This document shows, piece after piece, positions 1 through 9,034 of a DNA stretch of 64,000 nt. The stretch's first letter is position 1. Each line of letters begins with the position of its first letter. Location of the stretch: contig JBJMOW010000005.1 of assembly GCA_045803545.1 (NCBI GenBank), positions 896,001 to 960,000 of the forward strand, read 5' to 3'. Origin of the DNA: Gemmatimonadaceae bacterium (lineage in GTDB: Bacteria; Gemmatimonadota; Gemmatimonadetes; Gemmatimonadales; Gemmatimonadaceae). A model generated the notes under the pieces. That model saw nothing but the letters and a program-made list of their open reading frames with translations, was not told where the DNA came from and did not search any database. The position numbers were made by a program, and so were the translations under genes.

Positions 1-2
1 AG

Positions 3-428
3 GATGTCGGTGAGGAGTTCGTCGATGTCAGCGCTCGCGTCGCCAATGCGCGGCGATTGGAGGAGCGGCTGATCGATCTGCTGGCGCGGCGCACCGGCAA
101 GCTCGACGAAGTCCTGCGCGTCGAGCGCGAGCTGGCGCGCGTGCGCGAGGAGATCGAGCGTTACGAGGGTCGACTGCGGTATCTCAGTGCCCGAGTGGCA
201 ATGAGCACATTGACGATCAATGTCCATGAGCCGGCGCCAATCATCGAACCGGGCCGCAGTCCAATCGCCGATGCTTTCCGCCGCGCCTGGCAGAATTTCG
301 TCGGACTGGTCGCCGCGTTGATCGCCTCACTCGGAGTTTTGATTCCGATTGGCTTGATCGGCCTCGGCGGGTGGATTGGATATCGGCGCTGGCTGAAAGG
401 ACAGCGGCCCATCAGGCTCGGCGTGTAG
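3..428 (+). CDS. DUF4349-family protein, C-terminal part (5' truncated by window)
   Basis: Frame open from position 3: DVGEEFVDVSARVANARRLEERLIDLL...VERELARVREEIERYEGRLRYL, then a C-terminal TM helix; typical DUF4349 layout. Confidence 0.8.
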   Translation, partial: DVGEEFVDVSARVANARRLEERLIDLLARRTGKLDEVLRVERELARVREEIERYEGRLRYLSARVAMSTLTINVHEPAPIIEPGRSPIADAFRRAWQNFVGLVAALIASLGVLIPIGLIGLGGWIGYRRWLKGQRPIRLGV

Positions 429-438
429 CGCCGTGATG

Positions 439-975
439 TTACCGGCTTACGTCCCGATTGTACCACCACAACGCCCGAGACAACGCAGCGTAGGAGGCAT
501 TGATGTGGGTCAGACCCCATCCAATGCCTCCTGCGCCGGCGATGATGAGAACCGGCGTCGAGGCGTTGTTGGAATTATTGCCGGCGATGATCAGTCCCGC
601 AGCCACCAGACTGGCTCCGATGCTGGTCACCAGCGAGCCTCGATAGTTGCTGACGCGGAAATCCCTGGCCGCAGCAGCCGCCTGTGGCGATGACTGCACC
701 AGCTTCTCGACGTCGAAGCCGCGGAACCAGCCAACACTGCCGACGAATTCGCCTTTGGCTCCGCGCATGATGTTGGCGCTGCCCCAGCTCGATTCGAACC
801 GCAGCGCCTGCGAGTCGTAAGCAGTCGCCGAATCGGTGCGAGCGGCCGGCGCCGAAAGTGAGGGCGCGCCTGCCTGGTTGCGATTGGTCGCAGGCGAGTG
901 GTCGGTGGTCTGCGCGGTCAGCGATCCTGCGGCAAGCGCCGGCACTGCGAGCGCGAGCACGATTCTTAACTTCAT
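439..975 (-). CDS. Hypothetical exported/membrane protein
   Basis: Signal peptide MKLRIVLALAVPALAAGSLTAQ, two C-terminal Gly-rich hydrophobic helices; GAGG SD upstream. Confidence 0.7.
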   Translation of the reverse strand: MKLRIVLALAVPALAAGSLTAQTTDHSPATNRNQAGAPSLSAPAARTDSATAYDSQALRFESSWGSANIMRGAKGEFVGSVGWFRGFDVEKLVQSSPQAAAAARDFRVSNYRGSLVTSIGASLVAAGLIIAGNNSNNASTPVLIIAGAGGIGWGLTHINASYAALSRALWWYNRDVSR

Positions 976-985
976 TGGACCTCAG

Positions 986-1034
986 AAGAGAAATTCGCCC
1001 AAATCGTTCTTTGGGTAAGGACGATTTGGGCGAA
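986..1034 (-). terminator. 18-bp hairpin followed by TTTCTCTT on the minus strand; probable terminator
   Basis: TTCGCCCAAATCGTTCTT (994-1011) and AAGGACGATTTGGGCGAA (1017-1034) are inverted repeats with one mismatch. Confidence 0.55.
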
Positions 1035-1097
1035 CCGGAAATTACAGTTTCAGAGTTAGCTCTTCAGATCGCGATCGCAGCACCAGCTCCTACCCAA

Positions 1098-2405
1098 CTA
1101 ATGGTGGTAGATGATGGTAGCGCGGCCGTTGAAGGTCTGCCCATCCATGATCACGTGGGTGTTCTCCGGATAGTAGTAACGGGTGCCGGACTGATCGACG
1201 GCGGCACCGAGAAAATCGTCGTTGGTGGTGAGCCATGACCCTGCGTTGGTGAACAGCGTCCCGAGGAACGCAGCCGACACGATCACCCAGTTCGCCTTCG
1301 GCAGTACCTTGATCGCGACCGTTCCTAGCGCTGCTGCAGTCGACTGAAGCGCTTGCGTCAGGGTGTTGGTGTCGAGTTTGAGCGTGCACGGCTGGTTGTC
1401 GTCTTCCCAGAACATCACGTGAAATCCGTCGGAGAACTTCTGGGTGAACGCAGTCACTTCGGCTTCGCTGAACAGCAATACCTGGCCCGACCAGAAGCTC
1501 CCGTTCTGATCGAAGTACTTTCGCGGATCGTACACGTGCTCGCCGGAGCACGATAGATCGTCGGCATAGGTCGGCGCGGTGCCCATATACGGCCCCTGGA
1601 TGTGTACCTCGATCTCAGGATCGCCCCTGAACCACGGCTCCTTCATGTCCATCAGCCGCGAGAATTCCAGGTAGATGCCGGGCGCCAACGACGTACCGCC
1701 TCCACCGCCACCTCCGCCGCATGTCTCACCGCAAGCGATCAGACTGGACTGAGTCAACTGGAATGGCTCCAGCGTGCCGATTGCCTCGCCGTTCTGGTCT
1801 CGCGCGTTCTTTGATCTCTTGAGATCCATCGGCTGATCGAACCGAGTCTCCACCGGCACGATCGACAGCGCCGGCTGATCCGGCGCGACTTTCCTGTCGA
1901 GCGCCACTTCCCCGCCGGCTTCATTGAACGCCACGATCGGCGACGATTCCTCGAGCTGCGAAACGACCAGTACATCTGCCTTGCCGGTCCACGTCTCGCG
2001 TTGTGCTGCGACGGGCATGTAAAGCTCGAGCGACCGGATGGCCGACAGCGTCGTGAAAACTGCGTTCTCATCGCTGCCATCTATTGCAGCCATTCGCGTC
2101 AGCAACGCCTTGCCATCCCGGGATCTGAGGTAGGGCCCAAGCTCCACTTTGTGTTCACGAAACGGCGCCGCCCTCAGGTCCCGCTTGAGATGTTGACGCG
2201 CCGGCTCGTTGTCCATCGCAATCGCGACGAGCCTGGCGATCTTCGTCAGCGCGACGCGTTCCTCACTCTGAGCACCGCTGCCGGTACTCGTCGCCACGTC
2301 GGGCGAAGCGGTTGGTGCCACGCTGCGGCCAATCGGGTCGGAACAAGCGCCGAGGGCAGCGAACAACGCCAGAAAAAGAACTCCTTCGCCATGTGTGTGT
2401 TTCAT
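1098..2405 (-). CDS. Lipoprotein of unknown function (DUF3103-like)
   Basis: ATG 2405 follows GGAGG; lipobox LGAC; poly-Gly linker; C-terminal RLMDMKEPWFRGDPEIEV recalls DUF3103 (weak). Confidence 0.65.
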   Translation of the reverse strand: MKHTHGEGVLFLALFAALGACSDPIGRSVAPTASPDVATSTGSGAQSEERVALTKIARLVAIAMDNEPARQHLKRDLRAAPFREHKVELGPYLRSRDGKALLTRMAAIDGSDENAVFTTLSAIRSLELYMPVAAQRETWTGKADVLVVSQLEESSPIVAFNEAGGEVALDRKVAPDQPALSIVPVETRFDQPMDLKRSKNARDQNGEAIGTLEPFQLTQSSLIACGETCGGGGGGGGTSLAPGIYLEFSRLMDMKEPWFRGDPEIEVHIQGPYMGTAPTYADDLSCSGEHVYDPRKYFDQNGSFWSGQVLLFSEAEVTAFTQKFSDGFHVMFWEDDNQPCTLKLDTNTLTQALQSTAAALGTVAIKVLPKANWVIVSAAFLGTLFTNAGSWLTTNDDFLGAAVDQSGTRYYYPENTHVIMDGQTFNGRATIIYHH

Positions 2406-2494
2406 AGAACCTCCTCGGCGAGCGGTGCGATTGGTGAGCGCGCACACTACCGCGAGGAGGCCGACAGGTCGTAACCCGCGAACCGCTTATGAGA

Positions 2495-3739
2495 TCAGTT
2501 CGCCGCTACCGGCCGCGATGGAGCGACGACCGCCATCATCACGGCAGCGAACAGAGCGAGTGAAGCGCCAAACAGAAACGCACTCGGCGATCCGTGATTA
2601 TCCCAGATCCAGCCGAAGATCAGCGACGCCGGCAGCGCGCCAAGGCCAATGGCGAGGTTGTACCAGCCAAATGCGGCGCCTCTTCTCGCGCGCGGGACGA
2701 TGTCAGCGACCAGCGCCTTCTCCGTTCCTTCTGTCATGCCGTAAAAGATTCCATAGACGGCAAACAGAGCCCACGCCTGCCATGGCGCGCCGGCCCATGC
2801 AAACGCGAAATACACCGCCGCGTACAGCAGCCAGCCGCCGATGATCAACGGCTTGCGACCGATCCGATCGGAGAGTTGTCCGCCGTACGTGCCCGTCGCC
2901 GATTTGACGAAGTTCAGAACTGCCCACAGCACGGGCGCCAGCGCTACCGGCACACCGAGCTGACTCGCACGCAGCAGCAGGAACGCGTCGGTGGAGTTTC
3001 CAAGGGTAAACAGCAGGACCACGGTGAGATACGCCCAGAACTTTCCGTTCAGTCGCTCCGTCTGCAGCGACGTGCCCTTCTCATCGCCTCGATCCCGCTT
3101 TGGCACATCGCGCACAACGAAGATCAGAATCAACATCGCGATCGCCGCCGGAATCGCAGACAGCCAGAACACGTTTCGCATCGCAAGCTCGTCGTGCGAT
3201 GACAGCCGCTTGCTGGTATCGAGCATGCCGACGCCATGCAGCTTGAGAATCATGAACGCGAGCAGCGGCCCAAGGACGGCGCCCGCGTTGTCGGCGGCGG
3301 CGTGAAATCCGTACGCGAGTCCGCGCGATTCGGGGGGCGCCGAGTCCGCGAGCAGCGCATCACGTGGCGATGTCCGCAAACCTTTGCCGATTCGATCCGT
3401 CACCCGAATCGCAAGCACCTGCGATGCGGTCCTCGCCGCAGCGGTGAATGGGCGCACGATCGATGCAATCAGGTAGCCGATCACGACGAACGGCTTCCTC
3501 GACGTCATTCTGTCCGACCACCAGCCGCTCACCAGTTTGAGCAGTGAGGCAGTCGTTTCGGCGACGCCCTCGATGGCGCCAATGAACGTCGAGCTGGTGC
3601 CGAGCACTCCCGCCAGGAAAATCGGCAGGAGTGGGTAGATCATCTCTGTCGAGACATCGGTGAAGAGACTAACCGCGCCGAGCCCGATGACATTGCGGCC
3701 GAGCTTCGCAATGCGGCTCGGCGACGCCGGCTTATCTAT
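2495..3739 (-). CDS. MFS transporter (probable ATA start at 3739; first ATG at 3643)
   Basis: Multi-TM protein with GWWSDR and GQLSDRIGRKP MFS motifs; TM1 RNVIGLGAVSLFTDVSTEM lies upstream of the first ATG. Confidence 0.85.
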   Translation of the reverse strand: MDKPASPSRIAKLGRNVIGLGAVSLFTDVSTEMIYPLLPIFLAGVLGTSSTFIGAIEGVAETTASLLKLVSGWWSDRMTSRKPFVVIGYLIASIVRPFTAAARTASQVLAIRVTDRIGKGLRTSPRDALLADSAPPESRGLAYGFHAAADNAGAVLGPLLAFMILKLHGVGMLDTSKRLSSHDELAMRNVFWLSAIPAAIAMLILIFVVRDVPKRDRGDEKGTSLQTERLNGKFWAYLTVVLLFTLGNSTDAFLLLRASQLGVPVALAPVLWAVLNFVKSATGTYGGQLSDRIGRKPLIIGGWLLYAAVYFAFAWAGAPWQAWALFAVYGIFYGMTEGTEKALVADIVPRARRGAAFGWYNLAIGLGALPASLIFGWIWDNHGSPSAFLFGASLALFAAVMMAVVAPSRPVAAN

Positions 3740-4719
3740 GATGAGCGCACCTCGGAGTGGTCGCCGACCGTGATCTCGCCGCGCACTCCCTCCAGAACGG
3801 TATCGTCACCAACGAGCGAATTCTTGAGCACCGATTTCCTGATTTTCGCGTTAGAGCCGACGATCGAGTGGCTGATCTCGGAACCATCGAGAACCGTCCC
3901 CGCGCCAATCGACACATTCGGACCGACCCTGGACTTCTTCAGCGTGACGTTGTCCTCGATGTAAACCGGATCGATGATCGTCGAATCGCCGGCATCGCGC
4001 GGTCGACGCGCGTGACCACGCTTTAGCATCGCCTCATTCGTCTCGAGTAGCGTCTCGATCTTGCCCGCATCGTACCAGCCCTCGACGTCGATCACTTTGA
4101 TCTTGGCTCCCTTGTCGATCATGTACTGGAATGCGTCGGTCAGAAAATACTCGCCCTGGTTCTTCGGTTGCTTGAGCGTCCAGTCGATCCCCTCGAACAG
4201 GAGCTTCCAGTTGCGGATGTAGTACAGTCCGATGTTGGCGCGCTTGGAGATCGGGGTCTTCGGCTTCTCGACGATTTTCGTCATGTTGCCGTCCTTGTCC
4301 GTGACGACGACGCCAAAGCGCTGGTAGTCTTCGACCTCTTTGACCCAGATGATTCCGTCAGCGTCGACGGTCTTCACCTTCGACAGGTCGGCGTCGAAGA
4401 TCGTGTCGACGAAGACGATCAGCACAGGCTGATCGGCGTACTCCTGCGCAAGGGCGATCGCGCCGGCTGTTCCATCCTGCACCTTCTGCTCGATGAATAC
4501 CGACGGAATGTCGGTCTCCGTTCTCGCGTACTCTTCGACTTTTTCCTTGAGGTGACCGGTGATGTAAATGATTTGCTCGACGTTGCCGAGTCGCTTGAGC
4601 TCGTCGAGGACGTATGACATCACCGGCTTGCCAGCGACCTTTAGCATCGGCTTCGGAGTGATGTGCGTATGCGGCCGCAGGCGCGTTCCCTTGCCGGCCA
4701 GCGGAATGATGACTTTCAT
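3736..4719 (-). CDS. Sugar-1-phosphate nucleotidyltransferase (glucose-1-phosphate thymidylyltransferase, long form)
   Basis: IIPLAGKGTRLRPHTHITPKPML, VEKP, WYDAG motifs; C-terminal left-handed beta-helix repeats. Confidence 0.9.
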   Translation of the reverse strand: MKVIIPLAGKGTRLRPHTHITPKPMLKVAGKPVMSYVLDELKRLGNVEQIIYITGHLKEKVEEYARTETDIPSVFIEQKVQDGTAGAIALAQEYADQPVLIVFVDTIFDADLSKVKTVDADGIIWVKEVEDYQRFGVVVTDKDGNMTKIVEKPKTPISKRANIGLYYIRNWKLLFEGIDWTLKQPKNQGEYFLTDAFQYMIDKGAKIKVIDVEGWYDAGKIETLLETNEAMLKRGHARRPRDAGDSTIIDPVYIEDNVTLKKSRVGPNVSIGAGTVLDGSEISHSIVGSNAKIRKSVLKNSLVGDDTVLEGVRGEITVGDHSEVRSS

Positions 4720-5147
4720 GGTGCGCTGGTTCCCTCTCGCCCGTACTTATCTGTTAATCGCACTACGTCATCAAGCTCGGGAGTCGAGACTTCGAGTACG
4801 TCGCAATCTGTAACGGCTACCATCTGATGAACGGTGCCCGGTGTGATTCTGAATGATTCACCGATACTGAGCTGCATGTCGTCCAGGTTGTCGCTACCCT
4901 CTCGCTGGACGCGATAGCTGATCTCGCCCGACAGCAAATAGACAGTCTCATCTTTCTTGTTGTGATACTGTACCGACAACTCTTGCCCGGCATTGATATG
5001 TAAGATCTTGCCCACATAGCGATCAGTGTACGCCCAGATCGTTTCGTGTCCCCACGGTTTGGGAACACGCTTGATCGCAACGCGTCCGGCGATAGCGCCG
5101 GTTGCGCGGGATTTGCCGCCGCGACGTGGAGTCTCTGATTTGGCCAT
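4716..5147 (-). CDS. Cupin-domain protein (mannose-6-phosphate isomerase-like)
   Basis: KPWGHE, LSVQYHNKKDET, PGTVH and EVSTPELDDVVR motifs; ATGA overlap with the next gene. Confidence 0.85.
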   Translation of the reverse strand: MAKSETPRRGGKSRATGAIAGRVAIKRVPKPWGHETIWAYTDRYVGKILHINAGQELSVQYHNKKDETVYLLSGEISYRVQREGSDNLDDMQLSIGESFRITPGTVHQMVAVTDCDVLEVSTPELDDVVRLTDKYGREGTSAP

Positions 5148-5218
5148 GCCTAAATATCTATGCGCACCGGGTTACGAGCCACTTGCACCGGGCATGGATT
5201 CTGCCCCCTGTCCAACGC

Positions 5219-7021
5219 ATGATTCTTTCGCCAAAGCATCTTCCGCGCCTTGTCAGCACGATCAGGCTCTTTACCAACTATGGCCTGCGTGATTTTGCCA
5301 AGCGTCAGGGCCTGCTGAATCTCGAGGGCGCTTCTCTAAACGAAGACGTCGGAATTGACAGCGATACCAGGGAAAAGGCGAAAGCGTTCCGGGAAAGGCT
5401 GGTCGAGCTGGGCGCAGCATACATAAAGCTCGGTCAGATTCTTTCGACACGCCCAGACCTGCTGCCAAAGCCATACATCGAAGAGCTGACACACCTGCAG
5501 GACGACGTCCCACCGATGCAGCTCTCAGAGGTCGAGCAATGCATCGAGGACGAGCTGCACGCGCGAATCAGCAAACTCTTCGCGTCGTTCGAAGAAAAGC
5601 CACTCGGCAGCGCCAGCCTCGGTCAGGTGCACGCGGCCGAGTTACGCGACGGTCGCAGTGTGGTAATCAAAGTCCAGCGCCCGAATCTGCGCGAGCTGCT
5701 TTCGGAGGACATCGAGTTCTTCCGAGAGCTGGCGAGCTTTCTCACGGAGCACACCTCTGCCGGATCGCGGATCGATTTGATCGGCGTGGTACAACAGGTC
5801 GAGCGCGCGCTGGTGGACGAGCTCGATTACCGCACCGAAGCGCGCAATGCCGCTTCGTTCAGGAAGGATCTCGCCGGCTTCCCGCACGTGCTGATTCCGC
5901 GCGTCATCGATGCCTACACGACGCACAAAGTGCTGACCACCGAGCGAATCAAGGGCGTCAAGATCGACGAGATTCCGCCGATCACGCGAATCGATTACGA
6001 CTTCAGCGATCTCGCCGATGAATTTGCGAAGGCGTATTTGAAGCAGATCACCGACAGCGGTCATTTCCACGCCGACCCCCACCCCGGCAACGTGTTCGTG
6101 GTGCTCCCCGGCCGTGATAACCCGCAGACGCCCGCCGAAGCTGCCGCGGCCGATCGCCGCCAGGTAGTGCGTCCCGGCGCAACGGCTCTTGTCGAATCGG
6201 AGAACGCAGCGCGTGCCGCTGCGATTGCCTCAAATGCCGCGTTCGATGAGCCCAAGCTGGCGCTGATCGATTTCGGCATGACCGCGCACCTCACGTCGCA
6301 GATGCGTGATCACGTCATCAGGCTGCTGATGGCGATGGCGGAGAACAACGGTGACGCCGCCGCCGAGAGTCTCGTCGAGATGGGGCAGGCACCGGAAGAC
6401 TTCAACCGTCAGGCCTACACCCGAGATGTTGCGGACCTGATCGCCAAACACAACAACCAAACGGTAGAGGAAACGCCCGCCGGCGTCATTCTGTACGAGA
6501 TGATTACGATCGCCTTCCGCGAAGGCCTCAAGCTGCCGGCGGAGCTGACCCTGCTAGCCAAAGCGCTGTTCAATCTCGACGCCGTCTCGCGCGCGCTGGA
6601 TCCGAACTTCAACCCCAGCAAGTCGATCCGCGATTACACCAACGAGATCGCCAACAAGCGTGCTCAGCGCGATTTCTCTCCGCGCCGTCTGTTCCAGATG
6701 GCCGCCGAGACATCGGACTTGATGCGCGCACTGCCCCACCGTCTCGACGTGATCACTCAGAAACTCGTCTCCAATGATTTCGCCGTTCGCGTCGAAGCGC
6801 CGCAGCTTGGGTCCCTACTGCTCGGCCTCGAGAAGGTCGCCAACCGCATTTTCACTGGTTTGGTGCTCGGCGGTTTGCTCGTTGCCAGCGGATTGCTGAT
6901 GCAGTTTCAGCCGCGACTGGCGATGTTCGGCTTCATCATCGCCGCTGCTCTTGGATTGTGGATGGTGTTCGCGATCCTGGTTCAGGATCGCAGGAGCAGG
7001 CGCCGCAAGGGCAAGCCCTGA
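5219..7021 (+). CDS. AarF/ABC1/UbiB-family atypical kinase
   Basis: IKLGQILSTRPDL, SASLGQVH, VIKVQRP, HADPHPGN and DFG motifs; two C-terminal TM helices; start placed at ATG 5219. Confidence 0.9.
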   Translation: MILSPKHLPRLVSTIRLFTNYGLRDFAKRQGLLNLEGASLNEDVGIDSDTREKAKAFRERLVELGAAYIKLGQILSTRPDLLPKPYIEELTHLQDDVPPMQLSEVEQCIEDELHARISKLFASFEEKPLGSASLGQVHAAELRDGRSVVIKVQRPNLRELLSEDIEFFRELASFLTEHTSAGSRIDLIGVVQQVERALVDELDYRTEARNAASFRKDLAGFPHVLIPRVIDAYTTHKVLTTERIKGVKIDEIPPITRIDYDFSDLADEFAKAYLKQITDSGHFHADPHPGNVFVVLPGRDNPQTPAEAAAADRRQVVRPGATALVESENAARAAAIASNAAFDEPKLALIDFGMTAHLTSQMRDHVIRLLMAMAENNGDAAAESLVEMGQAPEDFNRQAYTRDVADLIAKHNNQTVEETPAGVILYEMITIAFREGLKLPAELTLLAKALFNLDAVSRALDPNFNPSKSIRDYTNEIANKRAQRDFSPRRLFQMAAETSDLMRALPHRLDVITQKLVSNDFAVRVEAPQLGSLLLGLEKVANRIFTGLVLGGLLVASGLLMQFQPRLAMFGFIIAAALGLWMVFAILVQDRRSRRRKGKP

Positions 7022-7023
7022 CG

Positions 7024-8007
7024 CTAACGCCAGACCAGGACGATTTTTCCGAACGTCGTGTTGGACTCCATCACCCCGTGCGCTTCAGCCATTTGATCGA
7101 ACGACAGCACTCGGTCGACTATTGGCTTTAGTCGTTCACTTCCAAACAGCGGCATCATCCGCGCGGAGAAGTCTCTCGCCAGCGCGATCTTTTCTTCGAT
7201 CGGGCGAGCGCGAAGTGTCGTGCCTACCACCGTTCCGCGCTTGCGCAGCAGGACTCCCATGTTGAACTGCGCCATGTGCCCAGCGGTGAGACCGACTACA
7301 ACAATCCGCCCTTTGAGCGCGAGCACGCGAAGGTTTCCCTCCAGATAATTGCCGCCGACGAGGTCTAGAATCGCATCCACGCCGTTGGCGCCGGCCTCCT
7401 TCTCGATTTGCGTTGCCCAGTCGACTTTCGATGCGTCGACGCCGATGTCGACACCGAGCTCCTTGACGCGAGCGAGTTTTTGCGGCGATCGAGCCGTCCC
7501 AATGACGCGCGCGCCAATCAGCGTCGCGAGCTGCACGGCTGCCGTGCCGACGCCGCTTCCCACTGCGTGAATCAACAGCGTTTCACCAGACCGCAGGCTC
7601 AGTCGCGTGAACAAAGCGTCGTACGCCGTCAGAAAAACTTCGGGGATAGCCGCCGCGTTTTCCCACGACATTCCGGCCGGCACCGGCATCGCTTCGCGCT
7701 CGTGCACCGTTACAAACTCGGCATGACCGCCACCACCGATGATTCCCATCACCCGGTCGCCCTTCTTCCAGAGCTGACAGCCTTCGCCGAGTGCGTCGAC
7801 TTCGCCCGCGTACTCCATTCCAGCGATGTCCTCGGGCGAACCCGGCGGCACCGGATAATTACCGGCGCGCTGAAGGAGATCTGCCCGGTTCAAGGCCGAC
7901 GCGCGGACTCTCACTCGAATCTGGCCGGCACCCGGCTCCGGCGTCGGCCGATCCTGAACTTCGAGTACTTCCGGGCCTCCCGGGCGCGTGATAATGACAG
8001 CTCTCAT
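7024..8007 (-). CDS. NAD(P)H-quinone oxidoreductase (zeta-crystallin/PIG3 family)
   Basis: MRAVIITRPGGPEVL, LNRADLLQRAGNYP, AVGSGVGTAA, GKIVL. Confidence 0.9.
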   Translation of the reverse strand: MRAVIITRPGGPEVLEVQDRPTPEPGAGQIRVRVRASALNRADLLQRAGNYPVPPGSPEDIAGMEYAGEVDALGEGCQLWKKGDRVMGIIGGGGHAEFVTVHEREAMPVPAGMSWENAAAIPEVFLTAYDALFTRLSLRSGETLLIHAVGSGVGTAAVQLATLIGARVIGTARSPQKLARVKELGVDIGVDASKVDWATQIEKEAGANGVDAILDLVGGNYLEGNLRVLALKGRIVVVGLTAGHMAQFNMGVLLRKRGTVVGTTLRARPIEEKIALARDFSARMMPLFGSERLKPIVDRVLSFDQMAEAHGVMESNTTFGKIVLVWR

Positions 8008-8015
8008 TTCAGATT

Positions 8016-8933
8016 CTATAACAGACTCGCGACGACGCTCGCGACGTATCGATCTGCCCGCTCGGCTAAGACGTCGGTACTGATGAATGGGAACCCCTCT
8101 GCAACCCAGCCGCCGTACATGGTAATTGGGCCCGGCAGCAGCTCCACCACCGTCATCAAATCCCAATACGGATCGTAGGTGAAGTCAGCACCCGCTGCTT
8201 TCTTGTAGGCTTCCAGAAACTCGTCGGCCACCTCGACGCTATAGAGATTGGCGAGGTTGTGGCGGCACCAGGCAACGTCGATTCCTACGGGTCCCTTGCA
8301 CGCGTTCACCCAATCGACAACGCCGCTGACTTTGCCATCGAGCCATAGCAGGTTGCTGGGATGATAATCACGGTGAATGAAGCACTCGCGTGACTGTGGG
8401 GGCGAACTGCCGACTATTTCGATCGCCGTATGCCATGCCTGTGGTTCTCGTGACCAGCCTGGTACTTCGAGGCGCTCCTCGACGTTGAAGCGTCGATAAG
8501 TCCAGGGAAATCCGTCGGCGTCGAGGCGATGAATTTCAACTGCCGCGGCCGCCATCTCGGTCAGCCACGTCGAGAGATCTTCCGGTCGCAGCTGCGTCGC
8601 GCCGGGCAGCATGGTCGTTAGAGTCGCGGGAGTGCCGGACTCGTCGCCGTCCGAATCGAAAGCGACGAGCGTGGGCACTCGGAGGTTTGCATTGGACGCC
8701 CAGGCGAGCGCAGCCGCCTCGTGCGCGACGAGATCCGGCTCAGCCTTCAGCCATTGCTTGTCGGTGAAGCGTCGCAGCACCAGCTGAACGCGTTTGCCAT
8801 CGAGGGCAACCTCGATTGCATCGAGTCGCGCCGAAGTCCCCGCCGGGATGTGATGCGCCCATCTCAACCTCGCTTTTCCGGGGAGAGCTCCGACAATCCA
8901 TTTCTTGACGCGTTGATCCAGCTCAGTGGGCAT
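8016..8933 (-). CDS. Aminoglycoside phosphotransferase/choline kinase-family protein
   Basis: HRDYHPSNLL Brenner motif and VVDW. Confidence 0.85.
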   Translation of the reverse strand: MPTELDQRVKKWIVGALPGKARLRWAHHIPAGTSARLDAIEVALDGKRVQLVLRRFTDKQWLKAEPDLVAHEAAALAWASNANLRVPTLVAFDSDGDESGTPATLTTMLPGATQLRPEDLSTWLTEMAAAAVEIHRLDADGFPWTYRRFNVEERLEVPGWSREPQAWHTAIEIVGSSPPQSRECFIHRDYHPSNLLWLDGKVSGVVDWVNACKGPVGIDVAWCRHNLANLYSVEVADEFLEAYKKAAGADFTYDPYWDLMTVVELLPGPITMYGGWVAEGFPFISTDVLAERADRYVASVVASLL

Positions 8934-8977
8934 TACGAATCATGCATGGATGACCGCGCCGGGAAAAGTTTCCCGCG

Positions 8978-9012
8978 AAAAAAAAGAAAGGCCGGCGGAG
9001 AGCCGGCCTTCC
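8978..9012 (-). terminator. Rho-independent terminator after the M16 peptidase pair
   Basis: Minus strand AAGGCCGGC-TCTCC-GCCGGCCTT followed by TCTTTTTTT. Confidence 0.85.
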
Positions 9013-9034
9013 CAGAATTGACAGCTGATCCGAG

